Source: Dehalococcoidia bacterium
GTDB lineage: Bacteria; Chloroflexota; Dehalococcoidia; Bin125
Direction: 5' to 3'
Assembly: GCA_963662615.2 (NCBI GenBank)
Contig: CAXXSR010000001.1
Span: 704,001-768,000, forward strand
DNA: 64,000 nucleotides
The notes under the pieces were generated by a model that made no database searches, was not told the origin of the DNA, and saw only the letters and a program-made list of their open reading frames with translations. Of this stretch, positions 28,205 through 37,715 are shown in pieces (position 1 is the stretch's first letter; each line of letters starts with the position of its first letter). The position numbers and the translations under genes are program-made.

Positions 28205-29419
28205 ATGACGATCACAGAGCACCCCAATCAGTCGGAGACAGACACGGCCGTCATTCCCGTCTCGCCTGACGAGATTGTCCCGGCGGAGGGGACCGAGCCC
28301 ACCGCGCCCGAGGCGCCCGAGGCGCTCTCGCCGGAGGAGGTCCGGGACTTCCAGGCCCGAGCCGGCGCCTTGGTCGCCGATCTGGGCAACGCCAGCGGCA
28401 GCAAGGAGTTGCAACAGATCGACGGCATCTCCGGCCTTGGCGTTCAGGCGCAGCGCCGCGCCGGGTCGGAACTCGACCTGCTCAGGGGGCGCATGAAAGA
28501 CATCTTTACCCGCGATGGACCCAACGCCGAGCTCTGGGCCGATCTCCTGGAGATGCGCAAGGCCCTTGAGCGCATCGACCCGCAGCAGTTGAGCCGCCCC
28601 AGCCTCAACCGGCGGCTATCCGGCGTCCTCTCGTTCGTGCGCCGCTCGGCCCCCGGTTTGAAGGCGCTTGAGCGAATCGCCCTCCGCCATGAATCGGTCT
28701 CCAAAGAAGTCGAGGTGATTGAGGCGAGGCTCCGCGAGGGCCGCATGATGCTGTCGCGGGACAACGTCGAATTGCGCAAGCTCTACGAGCAGGTCGAGGC
28801 GCAGCAAGTCACGATTCAGAAGAACGCCTACCTGGGCGAGCTCATCATCCGCGAGCTGGCCGCCCTCATCGACCGGACCGACGACCCGCTCAAGGCCGAG
28901 CGGCTGCGCAGCCCCCTCCACGACGTCGCCACGCGCGTGCAGGACCTTCGCATGATGGAGGAGGTCGGGCATCAGTTTTTCGTGAGCATCGAGATGACCC
29001 GCGAGAACAATTCCCGCTTGGGGCAGTCGGTGGAGCGCACCCTCGCGCTGGGCACGAACGTCGTGACCATCGGTCTGGCTATCCAGGTAGCGCTCGTGCG
29101 CCAGAAGCGCGTCCTCGACGCGACCCGTCGGACGCGGGAGTTCCTGCGCGGCATGATCGCCGCCAACGCTGCCGCCATCAAACGCCATACGGCGGAGATC
29201 GGCGATGTCTACAACAGTCCCGTGATCGCCATCGAGAAAGTCACGCAGGCCCACCAGGACTTTGTCGACGCCATCGACATGGCCAACCGCATCAAGCAGG
29301 AGGGCATCGAGGCCGCGCGGGAAAACATCGCCCGCCTCGGCCAGATGTCCGCCGATCTGCAGCGTCGCTCTGGCGCGCTGGGGGACCCCGGACGCGAATC
29401 CACGTCCGTGGAGGTGTGA
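28205..29419 (+). CDS. telA: Toxic anion resistance protein (TelA/KlaB/YaaN family)
   Basis: GGAGG RBS; LGVQAQ...L..IDP...ESVSKEVEVI...L..G...LSRDNVEL...RVQDL...ENNSRL...QKRVLDA. Confidence 0.8.
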   Translation: MTITEHPNQSETDTAVIPVSPDEIVPAEGTEPTAPEAPEALSPEEVRDFQARAGALVADLGNASGSKELQQIDGISGLGVQAQRRAGSELDLLRGRMKDIFTRDGPNAELWADLLEMRKALERIDPQQLSRPSLNRRLSGVLSFVRRSAPGLKALERIALRHESVSKEVEVIEARLREGRMMLSRDNVELRKLYEQVEAQQVTIQKNAYLGELIIRELAALIDRTDDPLKAERLRSPLHDVATRVQDLRMMEEVGHQFFVSIEMTRENNSRLGQSVERTLALGTNVVTIGLAIQVALVRQKRVLDATRRTREFLRGMIAANAAAIKRHTAEIGDVYNSPVIAIEKVTQAHQDFVDAIDMANRIKQEGIEAARENIARLGQMSADLQRRSGALGDPGRESTSVEV

Positions 29420-29477
29420 TTGACCTGCTCGCAATCCTGGCTGGCCGCCGCTGGGGCGCGCATGGAGCGGGACACGC

Positions 29478-30221
29478 TTACCCCGCCTGCACCGCCAGGA
29501 GCCCTCCGGCGAGAAGGGGAACCGCGACCGCTAGGAGTTGCAGGGCGGAATCCGGCGCACTGTGCAGCCACCGCAGATCCACTGGCAGCGTTCGTCCATC
29601 GTCGAGGGTGACCTGTCCTTCCAACTGCACGACCCGGCGGCGCAGCAGGCGGGCACGAGCGGACAGTCGGCGCTGCGTCAGGGAAAGGGCGAACGCTGCT
29701 GCGCCGACGAGGAGTGCCGGCCAGGGGACCGTTCCGCCCTGCGCGAACGCGGCGGTGATTACCGGGTAGGCGCCCCAGGCCAACGCGAAGCCGACGTCCG
29801 TGTGGAAGCGCCCTCCGAACCATTCCAGGTTGTAGGCAAGGAGCATCGCCACTCCGGCCAGCATGAACAATCCCAGCAGCGGAGACCCTTGCACAATCCC
29901 CAGCGCGCCCAGGGCCAGCGCGCCAGCAAGGCCCAGTACGGTCAGAGCCAGCAAGTGTCCGGACGGAATCGCTGTGCGCAGCGGCCGATCCTGCCACTCA
30001 TCCATTGCATGCGCGGCGATTCCCACCGCCAGGAAGAAAGCCAGCAGCGTCGCAGCCAATCGGAGCATGTCGACCTGGGTCACTGTCACTGCCCCCAGCA
30101 CCACGTACGCCAGGTGCCAGGTGGTGTAGGGCGGATGCAGGAGCGTCCAATAGTCGCGCCAGCCGCCCCCCGGCAGCGCATAGAAGGCCACTCGCCGAGC
30201 CGCTCGAGCTTCAGCCCTCAT
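29478..30221 (-). CDS. UbiA/MenA-like membrane protein
   Basis: Multi-TM; LLHPPYT, AHAMDEWQDRPLRT, LAYNLE; overlaps the methyltransferase stop. Confidence 0.65.
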   Translation of the reverse strand: MRAEARAARRVAFYALPGGGWRDYWTLLHPPYTTWHLAYVVLGAVTVTQVDMLRLAATLLAFFLAVGIAAHAMDEWQDRPLRTAIPSGHLLALTVLGLAGALALGALGIVQGSPLLGLFMLAGVAMLLAYNLEWFGGRFHTDVGFALAWGAYPVITAAFAQGGTVPWPALLVGAAAFALSLTQRRLSARARLLRRRVVQLEGQVTLDDGRTLPVDLRWLHSAPDSALQLLAVAVPLLAGGLLAVQAG

Positions 30222-30963
30222 CGCTCCCACCCCCTTCGGATTTCCGTCCCCACATGACGACGCCTCCTCCCCAGCTCATCACACGGACGTGAACGTCCTC
30301 GATCCCGGCGGCGCTCCACCATCCGCGTTGGCTCTCCAGCGGAAAGCGCTGGTAGAACCTGTCGATGCTCGGTCCCAGAAACCGACCGACCTCGTACCAG
30401 CTTCGCGAGACGAGAGCCCCGGCCAGGGGCAGTCCTACCCGCGTATGCAGCCACCAGGCCGCCTGCAGGGGCAGAGAATCTGGACGGGAGAACTCCAGCC
30501 CGGCCAGGGTGCCGCCGGGTCGCAATGTCCGCGCTAATTCCGCCAGGGTGGCCGGCGGATCCGCGACGTACCGCAGCAGGTAGGTAAAGGTAACGGCATC
30601 AAACGTTCGGTCCGGGAACGGCAGGCAGCGGGCGTCGCCGCGCACCAGTCCAATCCGCGCTGTCAGGCCGGCGTCGTCCAGCGCGCGCGCGCCCGCAGCC
30701 AGCATCGCGGGCGATTGGTCCAGCCCCACAATCGCTGCGGGCGTCCGCTGCGCCACCGCACGAGCCACCCTGGCCGTGCCCGTCGCAACATCGAGAACGC
30801 GTCCATCCGCCGGCACCGCCACGCGGGAGAGCAAGAAGCGGCGCCAGCGCGCGTTCTGCCCGAACGAGAGCAGCTCGGCCAGCAGGTCGTACTCGTCGGC
30901 GATGCCGGCAAAGAGACGGCGCGCGACCGCCGCCGGGTCCGCAGCGACTTCTGGCGAACGCAT
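30211..30963 (-). CDS. UbiE/MenG-family methyltransferase
   Basis: F.GIA.EYD...LSFGQNARWR, VLDVATGTA, LPFPDRTFDAVT, LRPGG...LEFSRP. Confidence 0.85.
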   Translation of the reverse strand: MRSPEVAADPAAVARRLFAGIADEYDLLAELLSFGQNARWRRFLLSRVAVPADGRVLDVATGTARVARAVAQRTPAAIVGLDQSPAMLAAGARALDDAGLTARIGLVRGDARCLPFPDRTFDAVTFTYLLRYVADPPATLAELARTLRPGGTLAGLEFSRPDSLPLQAAWWLHTRVGLPLAGALVSRSWYEVGRFLGPSIDRFYQRFPLESQRGWWSAAGIEDVHVRVMSWGGGVVMWGRKSEGGGSDEG

Positions 30964-31232
30964 GGAGCGATCCTAATCTCCTTTCGGTGCGTAGCCACCG
31001 CCCCGCCTCCTGGGAGGGGCGACACGTTCGGATTCTGGGGCCACTGTCACGGCGCCACGGTCACGACGCCACTGTCACGGCGCCGCTGCACGGCTCCTAC
31101 GCAGCACCCCCCTGTTGCCGCGCTGCACGGAGCGCCCACGACATGGCGCTTATCCAGTGAGCCCGCAATGTATGGTGATCCGAGCGCTCGCCAAGGAGCG
31201 CCCCTTGCCGGCAACGTCTTGAGGAGGCCCTC

Positions 31233-32402
31233 ATGATCACGCGGTTCTCATCGCTGTACGCCGGACACGTGGATCTCGACGACATGGGCCAAGACGCCAC
31301 GCCGGTCAACGAGCGGCGGCTGTCCAACGAGCAGCTTGCCACGGTGTTCTCCAAGACCGAGGCGATGGCCCGCTGCATGGACGACAACGGGTACGACACG
31401 CTCTGGCTGGCGGAGCACCATTTCCAGCACGAGGGCTACGAGTGCATCCCCAACCTGCTGATGCTGGGCGTGCATCTCTCGCACCTGACCGAACGGCTGA
31501 AGATTGGCTGCGGCTTCAACATCGCACCGATGTGGCACCCGCTGCGCCTCGCCGAGGACTTCGCCACCGCCGACATCCTAACCGACGGGCGCATCGTCTT
31601 CGGCCTCGGCCGCGGCTATCACACCCGCGAGGTCGAGAGCCTCGGCGGACCCATGCTCGACCAGGAGGCGAACCGCGACTACTTCGAAGAGCAGACCGAG
31701 ATCATCTTCAAGGCCTTCCACGACGAGTCGTTCTCGCACCATGGCAAGCACTACGACCTGCCCCCGCGCGTGCCCTACCGCGGCTATGAGCTTGAGGAGT
31801 TGACGCTCGTCCCGCGGCCGACGCATCCGGTCGAGTGCTGGCAGCCCATCGTCAGCGCATCGGCACGCGGCCTCGACTTCATGGTCAAGCATGGGATCAA
31901 GGGAGTGGTCGGCGGCGGATCGGCGCTGATGTCGGAGGGCCCCATGGCCGCCTACCGCGACGCGCTCGGCCGCGCTGGCATCGAGGCCAAGCTCGGCGAA
32001 GGGCTCGCCGTTGGGGTCAACTTCCACCTCGCCGACACCAAGGCACAGGCCATCAAGGAAGCGACCCCGTTCTACGAGGAACACATCAAGATGTTCGCCC
32101 CGCTCGGCTTTTTTCGCGGCCTCAGCGACGAGCAACTCGACGTGGTCGCACAGCGCGGCGGCTGGGCCGCGGCGGGCATCCCGACCCTCCACGAGGCCTG
32201 TGAGAACCGCAGTTGGTATTGCGGTCCGCCCCAGGGATTCATCGACTACCTGCATGCGCTGGGTGACGCCGCGCCGGGCCTCGAGATGGTCAACGTCCAG
32301 GCGAGCATGGCCACGCCGCAGCAGGTGATCATCGAGCAGCTGCAGTGGTTCGCGAGCGCGGTGATGCCGGAGTTTCAGCCCGCCGGCGCGGCCATCCGCT
32401 GA
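31233..32402 (+). CDS. Luciferase-like (LLM) flavin-dependent oxidoreductase
   Basis: WLAEHHFQHEGYE, WHPLRLAEDFATADILTDGR...GLGRGY. Confidence 0.9.
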   Translation: MITRFSSLYAGHVDLDDMGQDATPVNERRLSNEQLATVFSKTEAMARCMDDNGYDTLWLAEHHFQHEGYECIPNLLMLGVHLSHLTERLKIGCGFNIAPMWHPLRLAEDFATADILTDGRIVFGLGRGYHTREVESLGGPMLDQEANRDYFEEQTEIIFKAFHDESFSHHGKHYDLPPRVPYRGYELEELTLVPRPTHPVECWQPIVSASARGLDFMVKHGIKGVVGGGSALMSEGPMAAYRDALGRAGIEAKLGEGLAVGVNFHLADTKAQAIKEATPFYEEHIKMFAPLGFFRGLSDEQLDVVAQRGGWAAAGIPTLHEACENRSWYCGPPQGFIDYLHALGDAAPGLEMVNVQASMATPQQVIIEQLQWFASAVMPEFQPAGAAIR

Positions 32403-32458
32403 CCGCCGGATTCGGGAACCACCTGCGATGCGCGCATGGGCGACGGGCGGCAGCGTGC

Positions 32459-32474
32459 AATGGCTCCCCGGGCA
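32459..32474 (-). mobile_element. att-like duplicate of the tRNA-Asn 3' end
   Basis: AATGGCTCCCCGGGCA is identical to 34505-34520. Confidence 0.7.
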
Positions 32475-32558
32475 CGACGCCGCGCGCCTCTAGCACACCT
32501 ACGCCGTGCCGGCCCTGGTCGCCTGATGGTGATCTGTCAGGATGGCAGCCGAGGAGAA

Positions 32559-32945
32559 TCAGCCGTCCAGCAGTGTCTCAACGCGGCTGAACAGCCACTT
32601 GCCGTCGTGTCTGCGCAGGGCGCAGCGGTAGGTGCCTTTGCCCTCAACCTTCAGTTCGCGGCCGCGCAGGAGGACCATGAAATAGCAGCTGAGCTGGGCG
32701 GAATCGCCGTCGCCCTCAAGCACGTGATTGCTGGTCCAGATGCGCATCCCGCGCATATGGTCGGGCAGACTCTCTGGCTGCTGCGTCAACGCATCACGGC
32801 CGCGGCGGTGCCCGCGCCGCCCTTCGAACACACCGTCGTCTGTAAAGGTGTCCGCAAAGGCCGGCCCGTCGCGGGCGTCGTAGGTCTGGCAGAAGCGCGC
32901 CATCAACTCTACGATTTCGACCTTGTCGGCTGCCGTCAGCGGCAT
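32559..32945 (-). CDS. SnoaL/NTF2-like protein
   Basis: DKVEIVELMARF...D..D...F..DGVF...G.Y...L.R.DG.W.F..; GGAGAGG RBS. Confidence 0.8.
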   Translation of the reverse strand: MPLTAADKVEIVELMARFCQTYDARDGPAFADTFTDDGVFEGRRGHRRGRDALTQQPESLPDHMRGMRIWTSNHVLEGDGDSAQLSCYFMVLLRGRELKVEGKGTYRCALRRHDGKWLFSRVETLLDG

Positions 32946-33134
32946 CGCATCCTCTCCGCTTCTGGTCCCGGTCGTCCCAGTAGGAGAGGATAGGCGATTG
33001 GCCTGCCCCAGGCATCCACAGGGGGTGGTCGAAAAGTTGCCCGCACGATGACCGGCGCCCCGCCGGCGACTGCTGTTGTAGACTCCCACCTGACACGCCG
33101 GCCCAGCAACTGCTCGCCTAACAGGGGGACCGTC

Positions 33135-34220
33135 ATGAAGCTCGGACTGTTCACGATGCCCAGCCACCCGCCGGAGCGCCCGCTCGGCGAGGGGCACGAG
33201 TTCGACATCCAGACGCTCGTCTGGGCCGATCAGTACGGATTCGCAGAGGCTTGGATCGGCGAGCACCACTCCGCCGTCTGGGAGCCCCACCCCGCACCAG
33301 ATCTGCTGGTGATCGAGGGCTTTCGCGCGACCAAGAACATCCGCATCGGCCCGGGTGGGTTCCTCCTCCCCTACCACCATCCGGCGGAGCTGGCGAACCG
33401 CGTCGCGATGATGGATCACATCTCCGGCGGCCGGCTCAACTTCGGCATCGCCGCCTCGGGCCTCCCCACGGATTGGGAAATGTTCCAGGTGGATGGCGAG
33501 GCCGGCGAGAATCGCGAGATGACCCGCGAATCGATCGACTGCATTCTCGACATGTGGACGCAGGAACCCGGCTGGGTCCACGAGGGCAAGTACTGGCACG
33601 CCGCCGTGCCGCAGCCCATGGAGCCGGGGCTCCGCCACCACCTCAAGCCGTTACAGAAACCCCATCCGCCTATCGGCGTGGCGGGCTTCTCGTCGCCGTC
33701 GCCCACGTTGGAGATGGCCGGGGAGCGTGGCTGGATCCCCATGAGCCTCAATCTCAATACCGGCTACGTGAAGGGCCATTGGGACTCGTACGAGGCCGGC
33801 GCCAGGCGCGCGGGCCGGACCGTCAGCCGCCGCGATTGGCGCATGGTTCGGGAGGTCTTCGTCGCCGACACGGACGAGCAGGCGATGGCGGGCAGCGTGG
33901 GCGACATGATGGGGCGCATGATGAGCGAGTACTTCCTGCCCCTGCTCGACCACTTCTCGTTCAAAGAGCACCTCAAAGCCGACCCCAGCGTGTCGGACGA
34001 CGACGTCACCGTGGCCTACTGCGCCGAACACAACTGGCTGGTGGGATCTCCGCAGACCGTGGCGAAAAAGATCGAGCGCGTCTACGAAGAGGTCGGCGGG
34101 TTCGGGACCCTGCTGCTGTTCTGCTTTGACTATGCCGACAACCCTGAGCCCTGGCGTCGCTCCATGGAACTGCTCGCGACCGACGTGATGCCGCGTGTGG
34201 CCCATCTGACGGGCGAATAG
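33135..34220 (+). CDS. LLM flavin-dependent monooxygenase (limonene/diketocamphane monooxygenase-like)
   Basis: MKLGLFTMPSHPPER, AWIGEHH, LPYHHPAELANRVAMMDH, PLQKPHPPI. Confidence 0.9.
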   Translation: MKLGLFTMPSHPPERPLGEGHEFDIQTLVWADQYGFAEAWIGEHHSAVWEPHPAPDLLVIEGFRATKNIRIGPGGFLLPYHHPAELANRVAMMDHISGGRLNFGIAASGLPTDWEMFQVDGEAGENREMTRESIDCILDMWTQEPGWVHEGKYWHAAVPQPMEPGLRHHLKPLQKPHPPIGVAGFSSPSPTLEMAGERGWIPMSLNLNTGYVKGHWDSYEAGARRAGRTVSRRDWRMVREVFVADTDEQAMAGSVGDMMGRMMSEYFLPLLDHFSFKEHLKADPSVSDDDVTVAYCAEHNWLVGSPQTVAKKIERVYEEVGGFGTLLLFCFDYADNPEPWRRSMELLATDVMPRVAHLTGE

Positions 34221-34390
34221 CTTCAAGGGGGCCTGGACGCCCCACAGCCGCACCGCCGCTGACGAACGGCGACGGAATGAATGCGGACGAACGCTTGTCG
34301 ATGCCGCTCGGGGAGGCGATCTTTTCCTGGGCGCCATTCGGCGCCTCCGGCCCGATCCGATCCCGGAGGCCGATCTGCGCGACATCTTGC

Positions 34391-34469
34391 CGGCCGCCGA
34401 GTTTCGCGCTCGCGGCCTCGGCAGCGCCGCCGACCTCGCGCTAAATCCTTCCGCAGGAAGGACCCGCTC
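34391..34469. repeat. Composite duplication: 50 bp from the IPCT-DIPPS-HAD gene plus 25 bp of the pseudo-tRNA hairpin
   Basis: 34391-34440 matches 24340-24389 (1 mismatch); 34445-34469 matches 21831-21855 (identical). Confidence 0.85.
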
Positions 34470-34506
34470 AACCGGAACACGGCGCGCGCCTGCGATACGT
34501 GCGAAA

Positions 34507-34582
34507 TGGCTCCCCGGGCAGGACTCGAACCTGCGACCTAGCGGTTAACAGCCGCCCGCTCTACCAATTGAGCTACCGGGGA
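34507..34582 (-). tRNA. tRNA-Asn(GTT)
   Basis: TCCCCGGTAGCTCAATTGGTAGAGC...CT-GTT-AA...GGTTCGAGTCC...GGGGAGCCA. Confidence 0.97.
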
Positions 34583-34610
34583 TCGCCGCAATGCCATGGC
34601 CGCAACGCCG

Positions 34611-34684
34611 TGGCTGCCGAGCCAGGACTCGAACCTGAACTGAGGGATCCAAAGTCCCCCGTGCTACCATTACACCACTCGGCA
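34611..34684 (-). tRNA. tRNA-Gln(TTG)
   Basis: TGCCGAGTGGTGTAATGGTAGCAC-GGGGA-CTTTGGA-TCCCT...GGTTCGAGTCC...CCA. Confidence 0.97.
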
Positions 34685-34718
34685 CCGCGCGCCTCAATCG
34701 GGCCTTCACTGATCCCAC

Positions 34719-34807
34719 TGGTGCCGAAGGCCGGACTCGAACCGGCACGGGAGTTGCCCCCCAACAGTGTTTGAGACTGTCGCGTCTACCAATTCCGCCA
34801 CTTCGGC
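34719..34807 (-). tRNA. tRNA-Leu(CAA)
   Basis: GCCGAAGTGGCGGAATTGGTAGACGC, ACAGT-CTCAAAC-ACTGT, long variable arm, GGTTCGAGTCC, CCA. Confidence 0.97.
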
Positions 34808-34957
34808 ACGGCCTCGGCCTCCCGATAGTATCTCGGGAATCGACGGGCCGCTACAGCGGCGCGGCGCGACGGCGATCGCCATCTCCTCCACCGGCTTGGA
34901 CCTCGCGGCCGCCTGCCCGGGGTCCCCAAGACGCAGTCGTGCGATGCGGGCCGCGGA

Positions 34958-35413
34958 CTAGGCGCCCTCTGCCTCCAGGATGCGCTTCGCGTTCGCGAAC
35001 GTGTCCACCATCACGCCTTGCACGCGGCGCCGCATCAGCAGAGGCCACAGGATCTTGCTCATCGGTACCATCAGGCCGCGCGCCTGGAAATCCATCTGCT
35101 GTCGCACCTGCGTCCCTCCGCCGGACGGCGTCATTTCGAAGCTGACCGTGATCTGCATCTGTTTGTCCCCACCAACATGGACCTGCCGGCGGGGCGCGTC
35201 GAACTCCGTGACCTGCCATGCCGTCTCCGACTTGAACGGCGGAATGCCCCCGTACTCCCGGTATGACGAGCCCACTCCCAGTGCGCCCTCCGGCGTCTCC
35301 ACCATCCGCTCGGTGAAGACCACCCATTCCGGGTAGCGCTTGACATCGCTCAGGAGCGCCCACACCTGCTCGGGCGACGCCTTGATCTCCCTCGCCATCT
35401 CCAGTCGCGGCAC
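34958..35413 (-). CDS. SRPBCC (START/polyketide cyclase) family protein
   Basis: IKASPEQVWALLSDVKRYPEW...VTEFDAPRR...F..TP.GGGT.V. Confidence 0.85.
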   Translation of the reverse strand: MPRLEMAREIKASPEQVWALLSDVKRYPEWVVFTERMVETPEGALGVGSSYREYGGIPPFKSETAWQVTEFDAPRRQVHVGGDKQMQITVSFEMTPSGGGTQVRQQMDFQARGLMVPMSKILWPLLMRRRVQGVMVDTFANAKRILEAEGA

Positions 35414-35572
35414 GGTTTCACCTGCTCTCTAGCGACGGCTGATCGCCACTGCTCGGCAGTATACGGGCCCCATTTCACCCCGGACGGGACGTCGCAGCGT
35501 TGCCGGCGGCGATAGCGCGCCGGGTTGAGAACCGTCCCCCTCCTGCCGATGATCAGATCGGCGGAGTGGATC

Positions 35573-36577
35573 ATGCGGCGGCTCGCAATCACGGACGTCT
35601 CGCCCGGCGCCGTTCTTGGCGCCAGCGTCTTCAATGAGGTGGGCCGCCCCCTCGTCAAGGCCGGCGTCCCTCTCACGGACCGACTGCTGAACCTCGTCGC
35701 CGCCCGCGGCTACTGTCGTCTCGTGCTCCTCGCCGACGGCGAGACCCTCCAGCCCGAGTTCGTCCCCCCGGAAGCCCGCGCCGAAGTCCTGGAAGCGCTC
35801 ATCCCCTCCGTTGACTTCCTGCTCGCGATCTGGCGCAACCAGACCCTCCTGCGGCCCCACGATGCCCACCACCTGGACCGCCGCCTGCGCTCCGCCGTGG
35901 GCACGTTCGCTCGCGAGGAGCGCTTCGGGGGCGCCCTCAGTGTGCCCGGGCCCGTGCGCCGCGGGCCCGCCCAGTGGCTCGACGACGCCGTCAACGCCGC
36001 CGCGGTCGCCGTCTGCCTCGGCCGCGCCTTCGCCCTCGACGAAGCCACCCTCCATCGCCTGGCCCACGGCATGCTCCTGCGGGACGTCGCCATGTTGACG
36101 CTCGCGCCCGAGGTGCACGACTGCCCCGGCGAGCTGCCACCCGCTGCCCGCGCCGCCGTCCGCGAGCACCCCATGCGCGCCTACCAGCTGCTCGCCGCCC
36201 TGGAGTGGATGGATGAGTCGGCCCGACTCGTCGTCCTGCAGCACCACGAGCGCCACGACGGCTCCGGCTACCCCGCCGGCCTCAGCGTCCTCCATCGTGT
36301 GCAGCGCACGCGCTCGGAGCTGCTCAACGACAACCTCACCCTCCTCGTCAGCGACATCGCCGCCGTCGCGGACGTCTTCAACGCCCTCACCGTTGATCGC
36401 GCCCACCGCCCCTGCCGCCCGCCGACAGAGGTCGCCGGCATCCTCCGCGCCATGATGGGCGCCACCCTGAATGAAGAAGTCGTCCGCCTCCTCCTTGAGA
36501 GCTGGCGCCCTCCCCAGGAGGCAGCGGCGGCCACCGGCTCCGACATCACTGCCTCCGACGTCGGCGCCTCCGGCTAG
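35573..36577 (+). CDS. HD-GYP domain protein with a degenerate metal site
   Basis: QHHERHDGSGYPAGL present; the HD dyad reads RD (LLRDVAM) and DVFDAL reads DVFNAL. Confidence 0.8.
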   Translation: MRRLAITDVSPGAVLGASVFNEVGRPLVKAGVPLTDRLLNLVAARGYCRLVLLADGETLQPEFVPPEARAEVLEALIPSVDFLLAIWRNQTLLRPHDAHHLDRRLRSAVGTFAREERFGGALSVPGPVRRGPAQWLDDAVNAAAVAVCLGRAFALDEATLHRLAHGMLLRDVAMLTLAPEVHDCPGELPPAARAAVREHPMRAYQLLAALEWMDESARLVVLQHHERHDGSGYPAGLSVLHRVQRTRSELLNDNLTLLVSDIAAVADVFNALTVDRAHRPCRPPTEVAGILRAMMGATLNEEVVRLLLESWRPPQEAAAATGSDITASDVGASG

Positions 36578-37548
36578 CCCGTCTCAATCCCCAGCGCCAC
36601 TGTGGTCGCCACTCCGGCCACATAGCCCACCACGATCGCCGCGCCCGTCAGGCGCAGCACCACCCGTGTTCGCGGCCGCCACAGCGCGGCGAATGCGAAC
36701 AGCATCATGCCAATCCCGAAGATCGCCGGCGCCGCCTGCTCATTGCTGGCCGCGCGCAAGATGCTGCCGTCGTTGAATGCCACATCGGCGGAGAAGAGCA
36801 CCGCCATATTGAAAATGTTGCTGCCGAAGACGTTGCCCACCACCAGCTCCGCCGCCCCCCGCCGCATCGCCGCCGCCGACGTGACCACCTCCGGCAGCGA
36901 CGTCGCGAACGCCAGCGCCACCACGCCGATCACGCCCCCGCTCACGCCCAGCGTCTCCGCCATCCCCTTGGCCGCGTCCGGGATGAAGAGGGAGGCCACG
37001 AAGACCACGCCGCTCGCCGCCGCCAGCCACCGTACCGCCCCGCCCAGCGAATACATGGGCGCCACCAGCGGCTCCGCCACCGGCCTGGGGCCGCGGCCGC
37101 GTTCCACCCGGTACAGCAGGACAGACGAGAGTGCGTACATCGCAATGAGGATCGTCGTCCCCAGCCCCACCCTGCCCAGGTCCGGGTCGTCGATCAGCAG
37201 AAACAGCCCGGTCCAGACGCCCAGCGCCACCGCAATGATGCCGGCGCCCGCCGCCGCTCGGTCCCCGGAGACGGCGCCCGGCCGCCAGATCAGCAAGGCG
37301 GCGAAGATCGTCATGTTGAACATGTTCGAGCCCAACACGGTGCCCACCGCCAAGTCGGGCTCGTCGATCGCCCCCGCCGACGTCGTCACCACCAGCTCCG
37401 GCAGCGACGTCGCCCCCGCCAGCACGATCGTCCCCAGCCAGACCCGTCCCAGCCCCGTGTGACCGGCCACGGCCTCCACGGCGTCCACTAGGCGCGGCCC
37501 GGCCAGGGCGATCGCCCCGGCGCAGGCGAAGAAGATGATGAAATCCAC
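36574..37548 (-). CDS. Ca2+/Na+ antiporter (CaCA, YrbG-like)
   Basis: Two alpha-repeats, ATSLPEL...GSNMFN and ATSLPEV...GSNIFN. Confidence 0.9.
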   Translation of the reverse strand: MDFIIFFACAGAIALAGPRLVDAVEAVAGHTGLGRVWLGTIVLAGATSLPELVVTTSAGAIDEPDLAVGTVLGSNMFNMTIFAALLIWRPGAVSGDRAAAGAGIIAVALGVWTGLFLLIDDPDLGRVGLGTTILIAMYALSSVLLYRVERGRGPRPVAEPLVAPMYSLGGAVRWLAAASGVVFVASLFIPDAAKGMAETLGVSGGVIGVVALAFATSLPEVVTSAAAMRRGAAELVVGNVFGSNIFNMAVLFSADVAFNDGSILRAASNEQAAPAIFGIGMMLFAFAALWRPRTRVVLRLTGAAIVVGYVAGVATTVALGIETG

Positions 37549-37715
37549 GTCAGCGTCTCATGGCACCCGGCGCGCGCGCCTGCTGCGCGCTGGCGGCCGC
37601 CACGCCTGGACCGTGCCGGCGCCGGGCGCCGCCCCGGGGGACGGAATACAAGGACATGTCCCTGACTGTCTCCTGTGAATGGCCTGTCTACTGTGGATGA
37701 CGGGGCGGGCTACCC

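Noticed and set aside
32946-33641. N-terminal extension of the SnoaL ORF
   Set aside because: It overlaps the LLM gene antisense; the RBS supports a start at 32945.
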